Below, in pieces: positions 12,060-23,175 of a stretch of 64,000 bases of DNA. The notes beneath the pieces were generated by a model. It was not told the origin of the DNA. It searched no databases and was given only the letters and a program-made list of their open reading frames with translations. How positions within the stretch are numbered: the stretch's first letter is position 1; every line of letters begins with the position of its first letter. Position numbers and translations under genes: made by a program. This stretch comes from Thermoanaerobaculia bacterium. Lineage in GTDB: Bacteria > Acidobacteriota > Thermoanaerobaculia > Multivoradales > Multivoraceae. Where the stretch lies: NCBI GenBank assembly GCA_963666565.1, contig OY762911.1, forward strand, positions 3,872,001 to 3,936,000, in the 5' to 3' direction.

Positions 12060-13727
12060 TTGGCCGCAGCCCCCAGTTCGTCAGGCGCTCGCGCCTCGGC
12101 CGCCACGCTTCCGATCCCGGATCTCCTGAACCGGACGCCCTTTCTCGGCATCGACAGGAAGGCCCTGTCGGACCTGCTCGGCCTCGCCATCCTCGGCCGG
12201 GAGATCGGAACCGAGTTCCACGACCTGATGGCGGAGACGGAGACGCCGCCCACCTCCTGGCGGCCGGAGTTCTTCGAGCAGGACCTGTTCATCGACCGCC
12301 TGATCGCGGAGAGCTTCGAGATCGAGATGGACGGCGTCCGCTATCCGATCAACGAGCGCTTCCTGCGGCGGGCGCTGTCCGCCACGCCCACCGACCTGGA
12401 GACGATCGAGTTCCGGCAGTCGATCCTGCGCGAGATGGACGAGGACGAAGAGGTGCTGGCCTCGGCGGAACGCCTCTACCGCGAGCTGTTCGCCCTGCTG
12501 TCGCTTCACCGCACGCCGCGCTACCACCGCATCGTCGACACGGCGGCCCACAACCTGGACATCCTCAAGCAGAGCCGCCTCGTGATCGACCTGATGCACG
12601 ACCGGTTCGAATCGGCCCGGTCCGGTCTCCGGCGCCTCCACGAGGGAGCGGCCGCGATCCACGAGACGGAGGAGTACAGGACGCTCGCCGCCCTGCTCGA
12701 CTACGAGGACCGGCTCGCCCAACTGAACCTCGACATCGCCCTGGGCGGCGACGGCCGCATCCGCCGGGTCGAGGTCCGTTCGCTCGACGAGTGCAGCGAC
12801 AACCCCTTCTGGACGCGGCCCGTCAAGCGCTTCCTGGACCGGCTGAGGCTGGGCATCGGCGGCTACTCGATGACGAACCGCGAACTCCTGAACCGGGTGA
12901 TCGAGCGGGTCTACGTCTCGCTGTCCCCGGCCCTGATCCCGCTGATCCAGATGCTCGGCCAACTGGAGCTCTACCTGGCGGTGCGCGCGCTCCGGGACCG
13001 CGCGGCGGGACGCGGCCTCGCGATGTGCATCCCCGAGATCGCTTCCGGCGACGCCACGGGTCCGGGGTTCGTCTGCGAAGACCTGTGGAACCCGCTGCTG
13101 CTGCACCAGGAGCAGCCGCCCGTCCCCTGCACCGTGAAGGCCGGCGGGAGCGTGCCGATCACCGTCGTGACCGGGCCCAACTCGGGCGGCAAGACGCGGC
13201 TGATCCAGGCCATCGCACTGGCGCAGTTGCTCGCCCAGTCGGGCCTCTACGCGCCCTGCGCGCGGGGCCTCCTGCGAGTCCAGAACGGGCTCTTCGTCTC
13301 CCTCATCGAACGCGAGAGCGCGGACCAGGTCGAGGGACGCCTCGGCCGGGAGCTGGTGCGCATCCGCACCCTGTTCGAGGAGATGGAGCAGGGTTCGATG
13401 GTCATCCTGGACGAACTCTGCTCGGGCACCAACCCGTCGGAGGGCATCGAGGTCTTCACCCTCGTCCTCCAGTTGCTACGGCGGGTCGATCCGGTGGCCT
13501 ACGTCACGACCCACTTCCTCGACCACGCCCGTTCACTGGAGCGGAACCACCACGAACTGGGGCTGGAGTTCCTCCAGGTCGAGCTCGACGACGCCCGCCG
13601 GAGCACCTACCAGTTCAACGGCGGCGTCGCGCGGACTTCCCTCGCGGCGCTCACCGCCGAACGCCTGGGCGTCACGTTCGAGAACCTGTCGACGGCCGTC
13701 GACCGCCGCCGGACGAAAGCCAGTTGA
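12060..13727 (+). CDS. MutS-family ATPase (domain V) protein lacking a mismatch-recognition domain
   Basis: VTGPNSGGKT, ILDELCSGT, VTTH; no recognisable MutS1 GxFYE motif or Smr domain. Confidence 0.85.
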   Translation: MAAAPSSSGARASAATLPIPDLLNRTPFLGIDRKALSDLLGLAILGREIGTEFHDLMAETETPPTSWRPEFFEQDLFIDRLIAESFEIEMDGVRYPINERFLRRALSATPTDLETIEFRQSILREMDEDEEVLASAERLYRELFALLSLHRTPRYHRIVDTAAHNLDILKQSRLVIDLMHDRFESARSGLRRLHEGAAAIHETEEYRTLAALLDYEDRLAQLNLDIALGGDGRIRRVEVRSLDECSDNPFWTRPVKRFLDRLRLGIGGYSMTNRELLNRVIERVYVSLSPALIPLIQMLGQLELYLAVRALRDRAAGRGLAMCIPEIASGDATGPGFVCEDLWNPLLLHQEQPPVPCTVKAGGSVPITVVTGPNSGGKTRLIQAIALAQLLAQSGLYAPCARGLLRVQNGLFVSLIERESADQVEGRLGRELVRIRTLFEEMEQGSMVILDELCSGTNPSEGIEVFTLVLQLLRRVDPVAYVTTHFLDHARSLERNHHELGLEFLQVELDDARRSTYQFNGGVARTSLAALTAERLGVTFENLSTAVDRRRTKAS

Positions 13728-13751
13728 ACTCGCTCGAAGCGGCCGTCCGCT

Positions 13752-13889
13752 GGGTGCGCGGGTCTTCCGACCCGCCCGTGGGCGGCGCCGCCAAGCGGCG
13801 CAGCCCGGACAACAGGGCCGCCGGCCAGCGGCCGGCGACGATTTCGGAGGCCGCCTCCGGCGGCAGCGGGTCAGAAGACCCGCGCACCC
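13752..13889. repeat. Inverted pair of family A REPs (13752-13775 and 13866-13889), REPIN-like
   Basis: GGGTGCGCGGGTCTTCCGACCCGC ... GCGGGTCAGAAGACCCGCGCACCC between convergent genes. Confidence 0.85.
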
Positions 13890-13899
13890 GGCGAACCCC

Positions 13900-14592
13900 T
13901 CAGTACGGGACGCCGGTCGCCCGGCAGACGAAGCGCATCAGAGGCGACGCGGCGACGCAGAGTCCGGTGAACTCGTCGAGGAAGCCGGCGCCGAGCAGCC
14001 GCGTCTGGTTCAGGCGCGCCACGGCCATGAAGGACTTCCGCTTGATGTCGTCGATTCGGGGATGAGCCGCGTCGAAGCCGCGCGGCGCCCGCTTCAGACT
14101 CTCGCCGCCGAGTTCGAGATCCCCGCCGAGCCCCGGATTCCCGGTGACCTCGGCCCAGCCGTCCGCGTCTTCCACAATCTGCCGCCGGATCGCCCGCAGC
14201 GCCTCCGGGTGGGGCCGCCACATCCCCGCGCCCATGAAGACGCTTCCCGGCTCGATGTGGAGATAGAAGCCTGGTGCGTGGGCGTCCTTGTGCTGCTTGT
14301 GGCGGAAGTGGATGCCGGTATGGGTCTTGTAGGGGCGCTTGTCGCGCGAGAACCGCACGTCGCGGTGGATCCGGAACAGGGAGCCGCCGACCTTCTTCGG
14401 CACCGCCAGGAAGTTGCTCGAGACCTCGTCGATCCGGGTCCCGAAGTCGCTGATGAACTGCAGCGCCGGCTCGCGCACGACATCCTCGTAGCGCTCGCCG
14501 TTGGCCTTGAACCAGTCGCGCTCGTTGTTCTCCGCGAGTTCGCGCAGAAAGGCGAAGGTCTGTCTCGAAAACGGATTCTTCCATCGACTCAT
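13900..14592 (-). CDS. DUF2461 (TIGR02453) family protein
   Basis: FLRELAENNERDWF, FRIHRDVRFSRDKRPYKT, GFYLHIEP, LKRAPRGF. Confidence 0.92.
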   Translation of the reverse strand: MSRWKNPFSRQTFAFLRELAENNERDWFKANGERYEDVVREPALQFISDFGTRIDEVSSNFLAVPKKVGGSLFRIHRDVRFSRDKRPYKTHTGIHFRHKQHKDAHAPGFYLHIEPGSVFMGAGMWRPHPEALRAIRRQIVEDADGWAEVTGNPGLGGDLELGGESLKRAPRGFDAAHPRIDDIKRKSFMAVARLNQTRLLGAGFLDEFTGLCVAASPLMRFVCRATGVPY

Positions 14593-14712
14593 CGGGATTC
14601 TCCTGGCGATTCCGGCGAGCGGTTTCGGCCCGCGCGGGCGCCACGCGCGGAGCGCGCCGCCGCCGCGAAGTGTATTCTCCGAGGCCGCGCCGCAGAACAA
14701 GAGGAGACCCGA

Positions 14713-15459
14713 ATGGACATCTTCGTCGCCGAACTGGTCGGCACCGCGCTCCTGATCATCCTGGGCGACGGCGTCGTTGCCAACGTGGTCCTCGCCCGGA
14801 CCAAGGGGAACGACAGCGGCTGGATCGTCATCGCGACGGGCTGGGGGCTCGCCGTGGCGCTCGCCGTCTACTCCGTCGGCCGGATCAGCGGCGCGCACAT
14901 CAACCCGGCGGTCAGCGTCGGCCTGTGGTCGATCGGCGAACTCGAAGCGGCCCTGCTGCCGACCTACATCGGCGCCCAGCTGCTCGGCGCCTTCGCCGGA
15001 GCGGTCGTCGTCTATCTCACCTACCGTCCCCACTGGGCGGTCACGTCGGACCAGGCGGCGAAGCTCGGAGTCTTCTGCACCGCTCCGGAGATTCCCCGGC
15101 GCCGGGGCGCGAACTTCGTGACCGAGGTCGTCGGCACGGCCGTCCTGGTGTTCGGCGTGCTCGCCATCGCGGCCAACGCCTCCGAGCTCGCCGGCGAGAT
15201 CGACCTGTCGGCGGTGTTCGCCACCGGCATCAACCCCCTCCTCGTCGGCTTCCTGGTCTGGGGAATCGGACTCTCGCTGGGCGGGCCAACGGGCTACGCG
15301 ATCAACCCTGCGCGCGACCTCGGTCCCCGCATCGCCCACGCCGTGCTGCCCATCCCCGGCAAGGGCGGTTCCGACTGGGGCTACGCCTGGGTCCCGGTGG
15401 CCGGGCCGCTCGCCGGCGGCGTGCTCGGCGCCCTCGCCTTCCGCGGTCTCGGCTGGTAG
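14713..15459 (+). CDS. glpF: Glycerol uptake facilitator (MIP family)
   Basis: Two NPA boxes (SGAHINPAV, AINPARD); GAGGAG RBS; adjacent to glpK. Confidence 0.93.
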   Translation: MDIFVAELVGTALLIILGDGVVANVVLARTKGNDSGWIVIATGWGLAVALAVYSVGRISGAHINPAVSVGLWSIGELEAALLPTYIGAQLLGAFAGAVVVYLTYRPHWAVTSDQAAKLGVFCTAPEIPRRRGANFVTEVVGTAVLVFGVLAIAANASELAGEIDLSAVFATGINPLLVGFLVWGIGLSLGGPTGYAINPARDLGPRIAHAVLPIPGKGGSDWGYAWVPVAGPLAGGVLGALAFRGLGW

Positions 15460-15480
15460 ATCCGGCGGTCGGTCGCAACC

Positions 15481-16968
<1,488 letters not shown>

Positions 16969-17015
16969 GCGCCGCCTGGGGTACGCTCTCGCTCTTGCAA
17001 CATCCGGAGAACGCC

Positions 17016-17843
17016 ATGACCGAAACAGCCGCCCGCCCCCGCGTCGCCGTCGAGATCGAGAACGGCGTCGCCGACGTCCGCCTCGACCGGCCGGACAAGC
17101 TGAACGCCCTGGACAACGCGATGTTCGACGCGATCCTCGACGCCGGCAACGCCCTCGCGGAGGACGCCTCGGTCCGCGCGGTCGTTCTCTCGGGCAACGG
17201 CAGCGCCTTCTGCGCCGGCCTCGACTTCTCCATCTTCAGCGCGATGAAGGACCGGACGTCCGGCGCCGCCGCGACCCGGGACCTCCTCGAGCGGACCGGA
17301 GACAACCCGGCCAACCGCTTCCAGTCGGCGGCCTGGATCTGGCACTCCATGCCGGTCCCCGTGATCGCCGCGGTCCACGGCTTCGCCTACGGCGGCGGCT
17401 TCCAGATGGCGGTCGGCGCCGACCTGCGCATCGTCCACCCCGAGGCCAGGCTCTCCGTGCGCGAGATCGTCTGGGGCCTGATCCCCGACATGACCGGACC
17501 CCAGTTGCTCCAGCACCTCGTGCGCGCCGACGTCGCCAAGGAACTGACCTTCACCGGCCGCGAGATCAGTGGCGTCGAGGCCGCCGAACTCGGGCTCGCG
17601 ACGCGGCTCTCCGAGCAGCCGCTCGACGAAGCGCTCGCTCTGGCGCGTGAGATCGCGGGCAACTCGCCGCACGCGGTCCGAGCCGCCAAGCAGGCGCTCG
17701 ACACGGCAAAGACGGCCGGCGTCCGCGAGGGACTCGAGACGGAGGAGCGCCTGCAGGTGAGCCTGATCGGCACGCCGAACCAGGTCGAGGCGATCGCGGC
17801 GAACGTCGAGAAGCGCCGGCCCACGTTCGCCGACGTCGACTGA
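17016..17843 (+). CDS. Enoyl-CoA hydratase/isomerase family protein
   Basis: RPDKLNALD, FCAGLD, PVPVIAAVHG..YGGG, WGLIPDM. Confidence 0.92.
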   Translation: MTETAARPRVAVEIENGVADVRLDRPDKLNALDNAMFDAILDAGNALAEDASVRAVVLSGNGSAFCAGLDFSIFSAMKDRTSGAAATRDLLERTGDNPANRFQSAAWIWHSMPVPVIAAVHGFAYGGGFQMAVGADLRIVHPEARLSVREIVWGLIPDMTGPQLLQHLVRADVAKELTFTGREISGVEAAELGLATRLSEQPLDEALALAREIAGNSPHAVRAAKQALDTAKTAGVREGLETEERLQVSLIGTPNQVEAIAANVEKRRPTFADVD

Positions 17844-17894
17844 TCGCGGCCGGGACGGGCGGCCGCCGGCGGCGACGGGCGGCCGCCGGCGGTT

Positions 17895-17918
17895 GGGTGC
17901 GCGGGTCTTCCGACCCGC
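17895..17918 (-). repeat. REP-like hairpin, family A
   Basis: GGGTGCGCGGGTCTTCCGACCCGC between convergent genes, preceded by a 19-bp direct repeat (17854-17872 / 17874-17892). Confidence 0.85.
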
Positions 17919-17986
17919 CTTCCGAAGTCCCGTGGGCGGTGGCCCCGCTCCGCCGGGCGGCGCCGGCGCACGCTCGCGCGGGGTCC

Positions 17987-20206
17987 CTACTCCAGGTGCC
18001 AGCCGTGGCCGCCCTGGATCTGCGCGCGCTGGGAATCGAAGGGCTCGCCGCCCGCCCCCGGCTCGACCCGCGTGTAGCTGCCGTCCGACTCGAGACGCCG
18101 GCAGTTCGCCGTGTCGACCAGGTGCGGCGCGAGAATGTCCCGGAGCGCCGCCTGCCGCAGGTCCGGATCGAGGATCGGACACAGCAGTTCGACGCGGCCG
18201 TTCAGGTTGCGCGGCATCAGGTCGGCGCTGCCGGTGAAGAGCTCCTCGTCGCCGCCGTTCCGGAAGTAGTACAGCCGCGAGTGCTCCAGGAAGCGCCCGA
18301 CGATCGAAGTCACCGCGATGTTCTCGGACAGGCCCGGCACCCCCGGACGCAGGCAGCAGATGCCGCGCACCTGCAGCAGCACTTCGACTCCGGCCTGGGA
18401 GGCCCGGTACAGCGCGTCGATGCACTCGCGGTCGACCAGCGAGTTCATCTTGAAGATCAGGCGGCCGTCTCCGCGCAGGCGGTGGCCCTCGATCTCCCGT
18501 TCGATCCGCTGGAGGAGTTCCCGGCGCATCCGGTCCGGCGCGACCAGGAGCCGGCTGTAGCGCTCCTCGCGGGCGTACCCGGTGATCGCGTTGAACAGCT
18601 TGGCCACGTCCGAGGCAATCTCCCCGTCGTCGGTCAGGAGTCCGATGTCCGTGTAGATGCGGGCCGTCACCGGGTTGTAGTTGCCGGTCGCGAGGTGGAC
18701 GTACGAGTGCAGCTTGCCCGTCTCGCGCCGGACCACCAGGCACATCTTGGCGTGGGTCTTGAGCCCCATCACGCCGTACACGACGTGAACGCCGGCGGCT
18801 TCCAGCGCCCGCGCCCAGCCGATGTTGTACTCCTCGTCGAAGCGCGCCTTCAGCTCCACCAGGACGGAGACCTGCTTGCCCTTCTCGCGCGCCTCCATCA
18901 GGGCCTCGACGACGGGCGAGTTCGCGCCCACCCGGTAGAGCGTCTGCTTGATCGCGATGACGTCCGGGTCGGCCGCCGCCTCCTGGAGCAGCCGCACGAC
19001 CGGGGAGAAGCTGTCGTAGGGGTGGTACAGCAGGTGGTCGCGCCGGCGGATAGCCTCGAACAGCGACTCGTCGCTCCGGAGCGCGGCGTGGCGGACGGGC
19101 CGAATCGCGTTGTCGCGGAGCTCCGGCAGGTCGAGGAAGGCGATCTCGCTCAGGTCGGCCAGGCCGAGCGGCGAGGGCAGGGTGTCGACCTGGAACGGCG
19201 CCAGCTTCATGTTCCGCGCCAGGAGCCTGCGGATCCGCTTCGGCATGTCCTCGCGCACTTCCAGCCGGACGACGGAGCCGAAGTGCCGCTGGCCCACGAC
19301 CTCGACGATCGCGCTCAGCAGGTCGCTCGCCTCGTCCTCCCCGACTTCGAGATCCGCGTCGCGCGTGACCCGGAAGGTGTAGGCGGCGGCGACCTCGAAT
19401 CCGGGGAAGAGCAGGTCGAGATTCGCCGCGATCAGCTCTTCGATCCAGACGAACCTGCCCCGCCCCGACTCGAGGCCGAGCTGGTCCCGGCCGCTGCCCG
19501 GCGCCCGCACCAGCCGCGGCAACGCCTGCGGCACCTTCACCCGGGCGAAACGCTCGCCCTGATTCCCGTCGTCGATGACCACGGCCAGGTTCAGACTCAG
19601 GTTCGACACGTGGGGAAACGGGTGGCCCGGATCGAACGCGAGCGGCGTCAGGACGGGGAAGATGTCGCGCTTGAAGTAGGCCCGCAGCTTGCGCTTCTTC
19701 TTGGCCGAAAGGGCGTCGTACGAGACGATCTCGATCCCCTCGTCGCCGAGCTTCGGCAGCAGGTCTTCGCGCCAACAATCGTAGAGGCGCCGGCGTTCCC
19801 GCTTGAGGTGGGAGCGGATGCCGGCCAACTGCTCGGACGGCGTCATGCCGTCCGGCGGCGCCTCGAGCGCGCCCCGCTCCAACTGCCGGCACAGGCCCGA
19901 GACGCGGACCATGAAGAACTCGTCCAGGTTGCTGCCGTAGATCGAGAGGAACTTGACCCGCTCGAGCAGCGGGTGCCGCGGGTCGCGCGCCTCCTCCAGC
20001 ACCCGGCTGTTGAACCGCAGCCAGCTCAGCTCGCGGTTGATGTAGTGCTCGGGAAGCCCCGGCGCGATGGCCGGCGCGGGCCGTCTGGAAGTCGGGCTCG
20101 TTTCCGTTTGCGCAGGTTCGGCCGGAACCGTCGCGGCCGACGGCTCGATCGGATCCTCAGCGACCGCACCTTCCAGATTCATCGAAACAACTGCCGGGTT
20201 CACCAC
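17987..20206 (-). CDS. ppk1: Polyphosphate kinase 1
   Basis: NRELSWL.FN.RVL, SNLDEFFMVRV, HPYDSF, ELKARFDE, KTHAK, GSADLMPRNL. Start may be 20182. Confidence 0.97.
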   Translation of the reverse strand: MVNPAVVSMNLEGAVAEDPIEPSAATVPAEPAQTETSPTSRRPAPAIAPGLPEHYINRELSWLRFNSRVLEEARDPRHPLLERVKFLSIYGSNLDEFFMVRVSGLCRQLERGALEAPPDGMTPSEQLAGIRSHLKRERRRLYDCWREDLLPKLGDEGIEIVSYDALSAKKKRKLRAYFKRDIFPVLTPLAFDPGHPFPHVSNLSLNLAVVIDDGNQGERFARVKVPQALPRLVRAPGSGRDQLGLESGRGRFVWIEELIAANLDLLFPGFEVAAAYTFRVTRDADLEVGEDEASDLLSAIVEVVGQRHFGSVVRLEVREDMPKRIRRLLARNMKLAPFQVDTLPSPLGLADLSEIAFLDLPELRDNAIRPVRHAALRSDESLFEAIRRRDHLLYHPYDSFSPVVRLLQEAAADPDVIAIKQTLYRVGANSPVVEALMEAREKGKQVSVLVELKARFDEEYNIGWARALEAAGVHVVYGVMGLKTHAKMCLVVRRETGKLHSYVHLATGNYNPVTARIYTDIGLLTDDGEIASDVAKLFNAITGYAREERYSRLLVAPDRMRRELLQRIEREIEGHRLRGDGRLIFKMNSLVDRECIDALYRASQAGVEVLLQVRGICCLRPGVPGLSENIAVTSIVGRFLEHSRLYYFRNGGDEELFTGSADLMPRNLNGRVELLCPILDPDLRQAALRDILAPHLVDTANCRRLESDGSYTRVEPGAGGEPFDSQRAQIQGGHGWHLE

Positions 20207-20245
20207 GGTAACTGCTGATTCTACACGGTTTCCGGCTTCGGATCG

Positions 20246-22216
20246 TCACTCCGCAAGCCGTCGCCCGACGACGACGAAGGTCACGTCGTCGGCCGGAGCT
20301 CCCCGCGGCGAGAGATCCTCCACCCAGCGCTCGAACTCCGCGACCGCCTCGCGCGGCGGCCGCTGCCCCACCTCGCGCCAGCGCTCGGCCACCGCCGGAT
20401 AGCCCACCGGTTCGCCGTCGTCCTTCAGCATCTCGGGCAGCCCGTCGCTCATCAGCAGCGCCGAGTCGCCGGGTTCCAGGCGCACCCGCCGGCATTCGTA
20501 CGAAGCGGCGGCCAGCGTGCCGAGCGGCACGCCCGAGCTCATGATCTCCTCGACCTCGCCCGAGGGACCGCGGCTGATCAGCACCGGCGGCATGCCGGCG
20601 GAAGACAGCTCGAGGACGCCGTCCAGGTAACGCGCCAGCACCAGGGCCATCGCCCGCCGGCCCAGGTTCATCGAACGGATGGTCGCCGTCGCCTGGGACA
20701 GGAACTCGGCCCCGCCGAGGTCCATGTCGGCGGAAGCCAGCAGCGTCTTGACCACGGTCACCATCGTGCCGGCCCGCGCCCCGTGTCCGGTGGCGTCGCC
20801 GACCGCGATGGTCAGCGAACCGTCCTTCCGGAGCCGGCTGAAGTCGTAGTAGTCGCCCCCGACCTCCGACGCCGTTCGCAGCAAGACGGCGATCTCGAGG
20901 TCCGGGTGCTCCGGCAGGGCAGCGGGCAGCAGCGAGAGCTGGAACTCGCGGGCCTCCTCCAGTTCCCGGGTCTGCCGCTCGTTCTCCGCTTCCAGCAGGC
21001 GCCGGTCGACCTCCTGCCGGCGGCGGTCGCGTTCCTGTTCCAGCAACTGCCGCCGGTTCTTCTCCTGGTCGCGGGCCATGCGGTTGAAGGCCTCGCCCAG
21101 CTTGCCGACCTCGTCCCGGCCGCCGCACCGCGACCGGGCCGCGGCGTCGCCGCGGGCGAGCCGGTCGACCTGCCTCGTCAGGTGGCTGAGCCTCCGCGTC
21201 AGGCGGTTCGACAGCGGCGCCACCGCCAGCAGGGACAGACTCAGCAGGCCGACGCCGACGCCCAGGTTGCGAAGCGAGGCGTTCCTCATCTCCGCGAGGG
21301 ACGCGCCGATGGGACGAACGACGCCGTACGTCAACTGCCCTTCCGGGGCGGTCTGGGTGACGACCATCCACTCGCTCATCCCCTCGCACAGTTCCTGGCG
21401 TCCCCCGGCCACGGCCTCCAGCAGGGGTTCGCCGCCGGCACAGTGGATGTTCTCGAGCAACTCGAGTTCTTCCGGCTCGGAGGAGGTGTAGATCTCGCCC
21501 TCGGCGTCGAAGGCGAACGGCACCGCGCCGCCGCGGCGCGGAATCCGGCGCAGGACGCTGCGCATCAGGCGCTCCGGCCGGACCGCGGCTTCCAGGTGGC
21601 CGACCAGAAGACCGTCCCGGTGTACCGGCGTCGAGATCGGGCCGCCAAGGGTTCGAGCGACCCAGTCCCGGGCGTTGCGCGCCCAGTCGGCGTCGTCCTC
21701 CCCCGCGGTTTCTGCGTCCTCCCCTTCAGCCGGCGGGGCTTCCCCGGGAGCGCGGCGCACCGGAAGCCGGCCCGGCGCGTCCGGGCGCGCCCAGAGAAAG
21801 CGCGGCGGTCTCCTCGCCCGTAACCCCGGCGCGCGGGCGCCGTCGGCATCCGGGTCATCGCCCTCGCGCAGCTCCCGAATCGCCGCAACGGTCTCCGCCG
21901 GCACGAGTTCGAGCGCGTCGACGAAGTCCGCCTCGTCGCCGAGCCTGCTGAACAGGAACTCGGCAAGCTCCTTTCGGTCCACGTACTGCGGATCGTCGAA
22001 CGGCAGCAACGTGCCGACCCTGCCGACCTCGCCCAGCAGCTCCTCGCGAGTGCGCCGCAGCCCGATCAGCATCTGCCGCGCGACCTCCTCCGCCTCGGCA
22101 AGCACCGCTGCCCGAAACGCGTTCGTGGACGAGACGTAGGAGTAGCCCACGATGCCGGCCAGGGGCAGCACGGCCAGCACCAGGAAAGCGAGGATGAGTT
22201 GGCTGCGGAGTTTCAT
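20246..22216 (-). CDS. Membrane sensor with HAMP and SpoIIE/PP2C phosphatase domains
   Basis: Two TM segments, HAMP DEVGKLGEAFNRM, VGGDYYD, VGDATGHG, SDGL.E, DDVT. Confidence 0.92.
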   Translation of the reverse strand: MKLRSQLILAFLVLAVLPLAGIVGYSYVSSTNAFRAAVLAEAEEVARQMLIGLRRTREELLGEVGRVGTLLPFDDPQYVDRKELAEFLFSRLGDEADFVDALELVPAETVAAIRELREGDDPDADGARAPGLRARRPPRFLWARPDAPGRLPVRRAPGEAPPAEGEDAETAGEDDADWARNARDWVARTLGGPISTPVHRDGLLVGHLEAAVRPERLMRSVLRRIPRRGGAVPFAFDAEGEIYTSSEPEELELLENIHCAGGEPLLEAVAGGRQELCEGMSEWMVVTQTAPEGQLTYGVVRPIGASLAEMRNASLRNLGVGVGLLSLSLLAVAPLSNRLTRRLSHLTRQVDRLARGDAAARSRCGGRDEVGKLGEAFNRMARDQEKNRRQLLEQERDRRRQEVDRRLLEAENERQTRELEEAREFQLSLLPAALPEHPDLEIAVLLRTASEVGGDYYDFSRLRKDGSLTIAVGDATGHGARAGTMVTVVKTLLASADMDLGGAEFLSQATATIRSMNLGRRAMALVLARYLDGVLELSSAGMPPVLISRGPSGEVEEIMSSGVPLGTLAAASYECRRVRLEPGDSALLMSDGLPEMLKDDGEPVGYPAVAERWREVGQRPPREAVAEFERWVEDLSPRGAPADDVTFVVVGRRLAE

Positions 22217-22238
22217 CGTTCCGGTTCAACCAGGATCG

Positions 22239-23126
22239 TCAGGTTTCGTCAGGTTCGCCATCTTCCCCGGCGGTCCCGGACGCGAGGGCCGGCTGCTGCA
22301 CCGGCCTGCCGTCCTTGCGCCGGCCGGAGAGCGAACTGACGACGCCGTGGAGCGCCCGCACCTCGTGTTCCCTGAGTTCGGCGCGGTGGAGGATGCTCCT
22401 CAGGTTGCGAACCATGATGCCACGCTTCTCGGCCACCCGCAGGAAGCCGGAGGCGTCGAGCTCCTGCTCCAGGTGCTCGAAGAGGTTGACGAGTTGCGCC
22501 GAGGTCGCCGGAGGCGTCGACGAAACCCCCTCGCGGGTCGCCGCGCCGGCGGCGCCCCCGGCCCCGGCCCCGGCCTCCGCCTCGTACCAGGCCCAGCCGA
22601 CCAGCAGCACCGCCTGCGCCAGATTGAGCGAGGAGTACTCCGGATTCAGCGGTATGTGGACGATGTGCGAGGCGAGAGCGACGTCGTCGTTGTCGAGACC
22701 CGCCCGCTCCGGGCCGAACAGCACCCCGGAACGGCGGCCCCGCGCGGCCTGGCGCCGGATCTCCGAGGCCAGCTCCCGCGGCCCGATCACCGGCTTCAGC
22801 ATGTCCCGGCGGCGGGCGGTCGTGGCGTGGACCCGATGCAGGTCGGCCACCGCGTCCGCCGCACTCTCGAAGACCTGCGCCCCGTCGACGACGTCCCGCG
22901 AGGCGCCGGTGGCCATCGCCCGCGCCCGCTCGTTCGGCCAGCCGTCGCGCGGCGCCACGAGCCGCAGTTCCGTCAGCCCGCAGTTCAGCATCGCCCGCGC
23001 CGCGGCGCCGATGTTCTCGCCCAGTTGCGGCCCGACCAGGACGATGACCGGCCCCCGCGACGACGCTTCGGCCGCCTCCCGGGCCGACTCCGGCGCGCCG
23101 TCCTTCTCTGTTTGCCGATCCGCCAT
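22239..23126 (-). CDS. trmJ: SPOUT RNA methyltransferase, TrmJ/LasT family
   Basis: PQLGENIGAAARAM.NCG, FGPERAGL, YSSLNLAQAV. Confidence 0.9.
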   Translation of the reverse strand: MADRQTEKDGAPESAREAAEASSRGPVIVLVGPQLGENIGAAARAMLNCGLTELRLVAPRDGWPNERARAMATGASRDVVDGAQVFESAADAVADLHRVHATTARRRDMLKPVIGPRELASEIRRQAARGRRSGVLFGPERAGLDNDDVALASHIVHIPLNPEYSSLNLAQAVLLVGWAWYEAEAGAGAGGAAGAATREGVSSTPPATSAQLVNLFEHLEQELDASGFLRVAEKRGIMVRNLRSILHRAELREHEVRALHGVVSSLSGRRKDGRPVQQPALASGTAGEDGEPDET

Positions 23127-23175
23127 CGCTCCGATGTTGCGTAGGCTACACAGGTGACTCCCGGCAGCACTCAAC

